From Tubulanus polymorphus (lineage: Eukaryota > Animalia > Nemertea), in NCBI RefSeq assembly GCF_964204645.1, contig NC_134030.1, positions 7,731,122-7,795,121 of the forward strand: a stretch of 64,000 bases of DNA, given 5' to 3'. Below, one piece after another: positions 40,453 through 51,059 of this stretch. A model generated the notes under the pieces. That model searched no databases. It was not told the origin of the DNA and saw only the letters and a program-made list of their open reading frames with translations. A program made the translations under genes and the position numbers. The first letter of the stretch is position 1; each line of letters begins with the position of its first letter.

Positions 40453-42370
40453 GGTAAAATTGGTCAATTTAGGAACCTCTATAAAGATATTATCACATGT
40501 GTGCTCGACATTTTTATGATCGCGTTTCAGACTCTTTAAGTCACACCTGTGGATAGGTCTATAGGCAATTATTATTCACGTAAATTTGCAAAAAATAAGA
40601 ATTTCATGTCAGAGGTGTTCGTTATTGGCTATGGAAACTCGGCACACGTTCATGTACGTGTAATGGAGGTAAAAGTGTATCCGTCATTTTGATGCGTTGA
40701 CTGAGTAATTATTATAACCAGTTTACGGTGAGATCGCTTGCTCGTTGGCGCTATTGTACGAACAATACCGATTGTCGAACACTTTATAATAGCGATCTAA
40801 ACCTGTAATGGAATAATAGCCCTATTGTTGGGTCACACGCTGGCTCAATTCTGCAGCGCGCACACGTGGCCCTGTGCGTATTGATACTTCCTTATCGTTT
40901 CTTTTTTCGTCGACGACGTCGTTTTATCCGTTTTCGGCGGCACAAAAATTCAGGAAACACTCGGAACGAATGTTGAAAATGTGACCGGTTTCCGAGCCGA
41001 TGGCTCAATCGGTTTGCGCTGCGCTATAGTTCTTATCCAGTACACTGGCGGCAGCACGCGCTAGCAGCCGGCATTCAATAGTATTTGAGTCGTTCATGTT
41101 GAAGTAGGCAGGGCTTGTTATGCTAATGGTACATGCGAAGGTAAGCTACGTGTGCCGCGATTGGTTGGCCGGCGTTGTCTGCGTCGACTACCTCAGTCAT
41201 CGTATCGCAGGTTGAAGGCAAGCTGTGATTGGTCGTATCCGCACGGTGGCACTCGCTAGATCTCATACCTAAGTTGTGGTATGTTTCATTCGTGTAGCAG
41301 GTTGTCTTTAGTGTAAGCAGTGATGCCGGCGCATGTGGATTATCAGTCACTCGGAGTATGTAATAGTTTGGATAATAAGGATGTTCCCTTCGTCGACGAT
41401 GAACCTTCAGCTGTCTTAGATATCATTGACACCGACAGCAAAATGACTCAATGTAAGTGAGAATTTATTACAGATTCGGTTTAGATATCGCTAGGTGAAA
41501 TAACTTTTAAAAAGAAGATTTAAAAAGAGTTAGAATGATAATCTATGACTGAAGCAGGTGGTTATTTTCTTAAGTTTAGAAATAGAACACAAATTTTTTC
41601 CGTTCTATTGCGAAATAAGGATAATTTAATCAAACTCGCGTTTAAACTTACTTATTCGGTTGAATATTCATTGTGAATAATTCTTTTTTTTATGATAGAT
41701 TTTTTTTTTAGTCCGCGATAGAATATTTATTGAATATGTACTGATCAATATAGCAGCTTGAACGATGCAGTAGTCACTTTTTATCTGGTATTTTGTACAA
41801 TAAAGGTACTGATGAATTTTTCACTTTCGCATTCGGTCGCATTGAATGTACAGACTGACTTGCAGAGCAGTGATGCTGGCTTGCTTGTTGTCAAGTATTT
41901 TCACCTGTCTCTTGGCTGAGAGTGAAACGCGTTGCACCGAGTAACTCTTGATACTTATCATGTAAAAAACGCGAAAATATTGAATACTACTTGATGTAAG
42001 ATTTCCTTTATTGATATGTTTATTTTTTTGTAAACCTTAGTAGGCCTACGGTACGATGAGGGATGGATGCTATGATTTACAAAAAATATCCGGCATTTTT
42101 TAACTTTTCATCGGTATAGAGAAATCCGTATGGTTATTCTTTTTTTCTTCAAGAGGAACTGGTTAAACTGATACGAAAAAATATATAATGGTTACTTGTT
42201 CACTTAGAAGGAATTTATTCAGAAACAATTGTTATGAAATGGTGTGAAAGCCAGCTGTTATTCATTACGATTTAGCATTTAACTTCGGAAATCGGGATGT
42301 ATATCCATAGATGTACACCAAAATTTATGTTCCTTGTACTAGAAAGAAATATCTCAAGAAAGGTCATACT

Positions 42371-42405
<35 letters not shown>

Positions 42406-45400
42406 AAAGAGAATCGGAGCAGTGGTAATTAAAACCTTTTAGAGTCATGTATGTCTAGAGAAATGTCGTGGGCAGAAATACTGATATGCATCAATATGAT
42501 ATATACATGTATTGTATACAACGTCGGAATTGATAGTGTCAAATTTCGAACCCACTCCGATGGCCAATTGTGTTGTATCTAATGATTTCTAAATTGCTAT
42601 GCGATACACACAAAACCGTGGTCCAAATTAATTTGGCGAAAGGCGTTTTCGGCTCAAAACGAAACACCGGTCGGTTGTCTTTTGTTTCATATTGTATCCT
42701 CTCCGATCAAACCTAGCTATATAGAGAAACACTGCCACGCGCCATAAAAGAGCCCATGTCGGCAGCTGGCCGAGTCTATTGATACACCAGGTCATCGGGG
42801 GTGCTCAGTGATTCGGAGCGGTTTGGATGACCGGGCCGCGTCGGCATGACCAGGTGATCGAGTAGATGAACTGTGTGTAAACATTCAGCCTATTGTAGCG
42901 ATTTCCATAAATTTTCGAAATTGATAAATACCTGCATTTTTAAGCGGGCTATTTATACGCGTTCAATGGGGGGACAGCTTTCAATGGGAAAATTGGCTTA
43001 AACTACCTTTATTTGGTAAGTGCTCATGAGGTGAACATGACGATTATTTTCTCCGTTTGACAATGACGTCCTGTTTTTGTAATAGGCGGTCGGACGGGCA
43101 GCTGTTCTTCGACTGGGGAAAATTATCATTCGTAAGAATCCGGAATCCTGAATTCTGGGAATGTGATTCATCATTTTCTCATGCTCTTTCTGGAGTTTCC
43201 AGTTCTATCCTGTTGCAACCTGACTCACCTGGTTCCATCATTTATTTTCAAGATTTTGATGTAACTATGACTTGTAAATTGCTGTGACTTGTAAATAATT
43301 TGACTATACAGATTTTCTGATTCATTCTTAATTGAAATATTGATATTTTTGAATGACTGTTTTTTATTGCTTCGGAGAGATAATGAGACCCTCTTTGATA
43401 ATGAAAGTACAGGCTAAGTAATTGATGTTTCTCATTTCTGCTGATCCTGATTGTTGATCCGGCGCTCCACCTACCTATCATGTACATTACTTCTTAAAAA
43501 AGTCATAATCCATCTAACCATAACAGACCTTACAGCAAATGTACTATTAACTATAGATTTATTTTACGTTTACAAGAGTGACCCTGCCGATTAGGTAAAA
43601 CAAGGTATAATTTTTTTAGCCCTTTATCGAAAGTTTAGTTTCGAGCAGAATTGTTTGAAATAGATAGGTAACCCGAGATTAATATCTGTGAGATATCATT
43701 TAGGTTACGATTGACTCCTTACAGTTTTCTCAGGCTTGGAAATAGTTTATTTGAACATGTGGTGTATGATTACTCCCAGGTGAAATTCCCACACAGTCAA
43801 AACTAGAACGTTCCGAGATCCGAGATATTTGGGTTATTGCTAAGGGCTTCAGGTGATGGTTACTCCTGCGATGATGCTGATGATGACATCCTGCCCGCCG
43901 CTGCATCAGGTGGTCTCCTGTGAGTCATTTCCACAATCCCCCTATAATTTCCTTTCCCATGACCCTGGCTGCATTCCTGACTTTGCATCACCCGCATTTT
44001 CCCAGGTTTATCTGTTTGTAAACATAACATTTGCTTGTTATGTTTTATTATGTCCTTTGATTAGTGTTCAAATGTTACATCAGGTTTTTCGAGGAGGAGG
44101 AGGAGGAGGAGGAGGAGAAATGACATTTCATAATCTCCCATGCTGATACTAGCTACCTCTCTCTTCTATTCGTAGTGCCGCCTTAGAAGCGATGCATACA
44201 TAATCAATAAAATCGGTTATCTTTCTGTAACGCAGTCAATATCAGTCGTAGATAATGTAGGCCGAAGTTACATTCTAAGCGCTGATTTCGTTCGTAATGG
44301 TGTTTCATTCATCATGAAGTTTCATCAAAAGGATTTCATACATCATGAAGTTATATTATTACGTTGAACATTTTACTATAAAGATAATTACAATAATTTT
44401 CAATTTCTTTGCTTCGAGCTCAGATGTTACAGGTGTGGCATATTATAATGGGATTCAACGTGTAAAGCCATCTCTATCAGATAGCAACAAAGTTCGTTAT
44501 CGGGAAAAACAGAAATATTTACAATCGGGGCACTTCAGGTTCGTGAGGGTTATAAGTGCATTATCAGGTGTTAGAGGCGATATATACTTGAGTTACTGGG
44601 GACCTGAACAACGGCATTCAACGGCCTCTTTATAGTTTCAAAGATATTGCGCACAAGTTTAACAAGTCGACTTTTAGGTCTCATTCATAAAGTTTTTTTC
44701 TCTCAAAAGAACTGCTTTTATAGTAAAGATTTCAGATCTAAGATCATTCACAGCATCGATACAAATATCGCTGAGATTTTGTTTTCTATTTCTTTTGATG
44801 GAATTGTCTATTTCATTGTTGTCTAACAATGTATTATATCTATCAGTCATACACTGCAATCAAGTGACAGCTGGTCTCTCTCTTCATAGTTAATTCCATT
44901 ATAACCCGTGCAGTGGCAGCACTTGCTAGATGCCTGCAAACTTTTACAATAGGCACCAAATTCAAATGTCAAATGTTCCCTTAAGTTATTATTCATCTCT
45001 ATCGAACAATTTTTGTGATATTTATGCACACATTATTATGAAAAATAAAGCTTCCAATGTAATGATATACTAAAACAGCTATTTTTCGGTCAATCTTTGT
45101 ATTAGATGAAATGATACCAAAGTAGTATCAAAAAATCATCTCATTTAAATATGTTCGTTATTATATTTAGCATTTTCTTGATTTTCCGAATTTCTTCATA
45201 TTTTCAGTTGCCACGAACCACAGCAGCGAAACTCAGGTGTTGAAGTGCTCCGAATGTGATAAGACATTTCCACGTCAGTACATCTTAGACGAGCACGTAC
45301 GACAGTACCACACGCCGCCGCCGCTGCCAAACGGCGCTCGTTCTCCGCCGTTCATGTGCTTGAAATGTAGCGAATCGTTCCCGAGTAAACATTCACTAGA

Positions 45401-48400
45401 GAAGCACATGGCGTTACACTCGGTGACGTCGCAAGCGTGCAAGGTCTGTCACAAAACATTCGCGAACATTTACCGTCTGCAACGTCACATGATCAGCCAC
45501 GACGAAAGTTCGGACTTGCGTAAGTTCAAGTGTCCGGAGTGCGGCAAGGCATTTAAGTTCAAGCATCACTTGAAAGAGCACATACGCATACATTCCGGCG
45601 AGAAGCCATTCGAATGTCCGAATTGCGCCAAACGTTTCAGTCATTCCGGTTCATACAGCAGTCATATGACATCAAAAAAATGCTGGGCAATGAACATGGC
45701 CGGTAGCCGGCGTATACCGACGGAGCGTAAGGGGTTAACTTCGCCACAGAAAGCGGATAACGTGCCGACGATGGCAGATATGCGTTCACCGCATCCGTTT
45801 GCGAGTTACACGCGACCGTTTTTACCGGCGCACGCCCTACCTCATCCGTTTCTGCCGTTAGGTCTGAACGGGTTCGTACCGTTTCAGCCGTACCACAGTC
45901 CCGCTGGACACATGCTCAGTCCACTGCTACACGGACTATCCAGTCCAATTCCGCAATTCCATACGGATTTCTATCGATCGCATCTCAGCAGCTTAGAACA
46001 AAAACTCGTCGACATAACGGACAGAAATTCGGCGCTGATACGAAAATTCGACTTCGATCAAGAAGAGAAAAGCCGCACGGCGAGCGCTAGTCCCGTGAAA
46101 GATACACGTGAAAAATTACCCGATAAGATATGCGATGATGCAACACGTGAAAGTGATAAAACGTCGGAAAGCTGTGATAAGGACAAACCAGAAAAATCCG
46201 AAAATAGTGATTCGAGAATTTCAGATGTGGATGTCAGTGAAGAGCACGACGATAAGAAAGAGAAAGGTGAAGTGGTGAAAAATGCTGATGGTGGGGACCA
46301 AGGAGCGAACAATGGTAAAGATACCGAAGACTCTACAATTAGTTGTAAAAAAGGGGAACAAACTGATGATATTTCGAAGATTGCTAAAGACAATGAGGAA
46401 GTTAAAGACGGTAAAACAGACATTAAAATCGAGATCAAAGATGAACCTTGCGATGCTGGTGATAGTCAAAATAATTGTCAGTTCTGCCACGAAGAATTTG
46501 CCAGTCCCGTCGAATTACATCAACATGAACGTTACCTATGCAGCAAAAACGCTAACTTAACAATCTCAACATCCGATTGGAAGAAAAAGACGACCGTTAT
46601 AAAACCGGAACCACGTCTGGCCATTGCGAAAACCGATGCGAATAGCCCGGAAATTACCGAACTGAAATGTCAGTACTGTTTAGAAGAATTCAACAGCGCA
46701 GTTGAGCACCACCAACACGAACGATATTTGTGCAAAAAAAATACGTCGTTGTTCACGACGGAATGCGATTCCGTATTTACAGCCGGATCGCCGAACGCCG
46801 ATAGCGATCACAATTCCGACGACGATTGCGACACGGAAGATGGCGACAACGACGACAAAGATAAGACGCGTTGTCGCGTGCGGTCGATGATCAACGACGA
46901 ACAGCTCGCGAAGCTGAAAGCGTATTACAAAATAAACCCGCGTCCGAAAAAGTACGAACTCATGCGCATCGGCAACGAGATCGGTTTCACAAAACGCGTC
47001 GTCCAAGTTTGGTTTCAGAACATGCGCGCGCGCGATCGCAAACGCGGCAAACAAGTGCCGTATTTTCCGAATATGGCGCGCAGCATCAACAATCGCCGCG
47101 ACGATGAAATAATTTCACGATCGCCGTTCATTCCGATCGTTCCGCAGTTTAGTCGCTCGACGACGACGGCGATCGCGCCGCCGACTGCTCATGACGGTGG
47201 CGCCGCCGGTGGTGTCTACATGAACTCATTACAGCCTCAGTTTCCCGATCTCGTGCAGCAACAGAGAGAACCTTTAGATTTGAGCGTTAAGAAACAACCG
47301 TTACCAGCGCACAGCAGCCCGAGCAGTAGCTGTTCGACGCCTGGCAGCACGGCAGATGGATACATACTGAATCTGAGCACGCGGACGAACTCCCAATTGA
47401 ACACTCAAATGAAATCGCCGAGCAGCTGCATCGACCGTAATGGCAACTTCTGTGGCAGCAATAGCCAAAAATCTCCACTGAGCATCGACCAAATACTCTC
47501 ATCGTCTGCGTCATCACACAAAGTTAGCAATTATAGCGATGATGAGGACAGCTTGTCAAACTCTTCGAAAGATATGTTGCTGGACAGTAGCTATTCGTCG
47601 ACGTCGGGAAGTATGATCGACACGATGAGAAGTTTAGGCTCCATGGCCGATTTCGCTGAACATGGACTCGGGCTCATGAAAAAAAGACCATTCAGTATGG
47701 TAAGTTCACTCCGCTTTTCTACGTTCACTTGCTTTCGTTTTGCGCAGATAAAGGTATGATACATAGATGATGTTTTCTTCTGCAGGTGGACGACGATATA
47801 CAGCTGGATTACGTGGACAGTTTGACGGGAGACGACGACCAACCGAATCGTAAGAAACGTCGTTCGTGGAAACATCATAAGGTCGACATGGATGAGGGCA
47901 TGTACGCTTGCGATCAGTGTGACAAAATGTTCAGCAAACAAAGTTCTTTGGCGAGACATAAATATGAACACTCAGGTGAGTGGAACATTCGATGCACATT
48001 TTACAATTGAATTTCTTTCCAAATATTCTTGCGTATCTGTCAGATCAGAACTAACGAAACGTATTCGATCTTGATTTCAGGAGCACGTCCATTTGGTTGT
48101 GATATCTGCGGCAAAGCGTTCAAACACAAACACCACCTAACGGAGCACAAACGCTTGCACAGCGGCGAAAAACCGTTCCAGTGTAAAAAATGCGGCAAAC
48201 GCTTCAGTCACTCGGGCTCGTACAGTCAACACATGAACCATCGATACAAATACTGTAAACCACAGAAGTCCGACGACGATGAACCCGTATCGGAGATATT
48301 CGAGGCGGGCGTCACCGAGTCGCTTTACAACGAATCATCTTCATCGTCGAAGCTCATGCAATTCACCGACGTCAAACTGCCAATCATAGACGTTCCAAAG

Positions 48401-48442
48401 CTTGACAATAAATTGATAGTCGCGCAGACGGCTGCTAGTTAG
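38460..48442 (+). CDS. ZEB: ZEB/zfh1 zinc finger E-box-binding homeobox protein; join(38460..38591,45208..47699,47786..47975,48081..48442), 5' end incomplete
   Basis: N-terminal 5-finger cluster ending [16 protein letters not shown], central homeodomain (RVRSMI...[12 protein letters not shown]), CtBP motif PLDLS, C-terminal 3-finger cluster ([39 protein letters not shown]). All introns are GT-AG and phase-compatible (1,0,1). Confidence 0.96.
38650..38798. mobile_element. GGGCC-terminal MITE, same family as 22459-22590
   Basis: Reverse-complement similarity to the 22459 copy; ends ACTATGGAACTGGGCCC. Confidence 0.75.
39458..39690 (+). repeat. ~117-bp tandem duplication
   Basis: GTGTAGTTTGTCGATTAGAT...CTACTACAGTACCTGAA at 39458 and 39575. 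Confidence 0.9.
40420..40452. repeat. (ATC)11 microsatellite
   Basis: Direct read. Confidence 0.97.
41323..41452 (+). CDS. Candidate alternative first coding exon of ZEB ([43 protein letters not shown])
   Basis: ATG at 41323 with in-frame stop just upstream (41314), 43 open codons, strong T|GTAAGT donor at 41453 in phase 1 matching the 45208 acceptor; reverse CCAAT boxes upstream. Confidence 0.5.
42371..42405. repeat. (ATG)11 microsatellite
   Basis: Direct read. Confidence 0.97.
44091..44117. repeat. (GAG)9 microsatellite
   Basis: Direct read. Confidence 0.95.
45208..47699 (+). CDS. ZEB: ZEB large central exon: N-terminal zinc fingers, two atypical C2HC fingers, homeodomain, PLDLS
   Basis: Contained in the 840-aa ORF frame; ttttcag acceptor ending 45207, ATG|GTAAGT donor at 47700. 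Confidence 0.96.
47786..47975 (+). CDS. ZEB: ZEB exon with first C-terminal zinc finger
   Basis: ttctgcag acceptor, CAG|GTGAGT donor; [24 protein letters not shown]. Confidence 0.95.
48081..48442 (+). CDS. ZEB: ZEB terminal coding exon (two C2H2 fingers, stop TAG)
   Basis: atttcag acceptor; [27 protein letters not shown]...[14 protein letters not shown]. Confidence 0.95.
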
Positions 48443-51026
48443 AATTCATGTAAGAAGTCGCTTTGGTGATGGTGTAAAAATAAGAAGATTTTCACACACT
48501 AAGATTATGAATGAAGGCAACAGAATTGTATGTTGTTTTCTCAAATTCTAGACTTTTTAGAAATATTTTGACCGGTTTCATGATGTCAGTCTTGGCTGCC
48601 GCGTGCAGCCGAATGTCGTTACGCATTCCAAACGATACAATTCCAATGTTATTTCATGACCATTCCAGAACAGTACCAATTAAACGAAGCGAAGAAGGCG
48701 GGCGTCTTTGAGCCTACTTGAGAGCGCGGCAAGTACATTGCCGAAAATCTCAACGGTGATCTGCGCTTGCCTTTCTCTCTTATATACACTGCATTCCAAT
48801 GATGTAAAATAGATCTTATTATCGAATTATCAATAGTATCTGGTTTGGAAATTTCTTCTGTACTAGCCGCATTGGCCGACTTAAGCCAATGCCTCACTAT
48901 ATCAAATCTGCAAAGCCAAGGTAACCGCAGTTGTCAATTGTGTATTCTAACAAAATTTTTAACATCTGTCAGATTACGAAAAATCATCGACAACTTGAAA
49001 GTCGGATGAAAAATCTTGGATGATTCATTTTTGCTTCTAAAGCAGTTTTCCGACGGAACGTGAATTTTTAATGTCTTCCGATAAATATCCGTGTACGAAA
49101 ATCAGATTATCTTCCGAGCAAATTCATGTCTCAATGTAATGGTTGTTTTCTTTCAACAATGTTATGATGTAATTATAAATGAATTGTAAAGGCTATGCAT
49201 TCTCCGGTATAGGATGGAGACAAGTCTCTTTGAAAATTGTTTTTTTAAATACCCCGTATATGTATAAGTATTCATTATTAAAGTCTAATGCATTTTCACA
49301 TTTCTGACTAGTATTCTCATCTGCCCGAATCATGGCAAAAAAGATTTGAAATATCTTGTGAAACGGTTGGATCGGTCAATGAACAAAAGAAATGTCATAT
49401 CGGTCAGAATTATAGGGCACGGTAGTAGAAATTCGATGTTCTCTAGATGATAGAAATTCTGTACAGGTTAAAAAAAAGGTATGACGTTTTGAAGTTTTGT
49501 ATTCATACATGCGTACACACTGGTGCACTGGATCACTTGTTAGGATATGCAAAATAAAAAACTACTAGCGCCGCACGCACTGCGCAAGTGCATCGCAACA
49601 CTCGTTCATAATTATATTCATGACGCTTCTTCGTAATCATTTATATTATGATAATTATGATCGTATGATAGATATATTTACAATGTACACACATTTTTAA
49701 CTAAGAATGATAGTGGTATGTGTACAGTTTAGTGCTTCCGAAATTCATATATTGTATAGCGTATGCGCTTCCTTATCCATAAAATACAATCACTGTTCTA
49801 CCGAATGTATTGAGTCTAAATTTGTATGTGACACATTCAACGTGATTGCTATTGCCGAGCTTCCTGTTGAATTACAGAGTGAAAAAGTTCTCATGTCTGC
49901 GTTGAGTTCTACACGCGAAGTCTCTTGGGTTGATGAACTATTTTTGACTGAAAAAAATGCTGTTCGATATATAGTGAAATGTGAAACATCATACATGGCT
50001 TTATATATTTTACATATATTTTTTATTTCTGATTAAGATTAAACACTTTCTTACGTTCTAATGAAAACAACTAGTTACTGTGGGGAATTTACGTAGGTTG
50101 CCAACTCGCGTAGAATGGACAGTCAATAAAAGATGGGGACTGCATCCAAATGGAACTTTTCATGTGCCCTAGAAGGCTTTGCGTGGTAGGACTCCAAAAG
50201 CAGATCGGGATGACGTGGTACTTCCTAGTCACTTCTAAAATCATGTATATAATATGATATACCGCGTATATTCTCATGTTCTGATATCACTGCCTTTATG
50301 TAATAGTGTATTTTACAATTTGCATTTAGAATATACATTCTTTCTGTCTGGTCAGATCGTATTTACTGCATGGTTGATATAACGGGGCATCATTGGTGTA
50401 ATGTAATAATGTGTACTTATTTTTCGTTAAGAATTCGTTTCCAAGTTCATGTCTACTCTGTATAAACTATTTACACGTATCTTTGGGAACGACGGGCAAC
50501 AGAAAGCTTATTGGCTAGAGAGAAAATTGAATATGATATTTTCACCAGTCGCTGAATTTTGAATAGAAAAAATTGCATCTCCTGCACTTGTACTTAAAAT
50601 TTGTAAAGATAAGAGAAATCAAAAAGGTAACCTTTTCCTGCGATATTGTACTTATGAAAAAAAGACAGTTGATAGGTATTGCGATGTCTTAATGATGTTT
50701 GAGGCAAACCTTAATCCTGCGATATTGTACTTAAATTGTGTATAGGCCAACGAGGCTGCTAGCAAAAGCTTCTTTAGTAGTAGATTAGAAATGTCTTTTT
50801 TCAACATTTCATATATATTCTATTATTGAATCCAAGGGCAGAACAGGTGATTGTGAAAAGTTTATTCCAAATTTCAAAGAATGTAGGGGGCCACGGCGGG
50901 TACCTATATTTAACTTTTTTTTAACATAAAAATTTCGTGCATTTCTCGAATTTACTTGAGTCTTCCTGGTGTGGGGATATTCCACTGCTGTTACTTTCAC
51001 ACTGCCGATGAATATATTAAAAAGTA

Positions 51027-51059
<33 letters not shown>

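Noticed and set aside
1-45200. Intronic miR-8/miR-200 hairpin that would close a ZEB feedback loop
   Set aside because: I did not find the mature sequence (TAATACTGTCAGGTAAAG) on either strand by eye; TAATACTG at ~15665 and ~38704 lacks the remainder. A covariance-model scan would be needed to exclude other miRNAs.
47700-47759. C-terminal tail of the 840-aa ORF (VSSLRFSTF...)
   Set aside because: Read-through into an intron with a consensus GTAAGT donor; the spliced form restores the conserved C-terminal fingers.
45414-47971. Several minus-strand and off-frame ORFs (e.g. 46058-46438, 46680-47054, 47591-47971)
   Set aside because: Shadows of the ZEB coding exons; no independent features.
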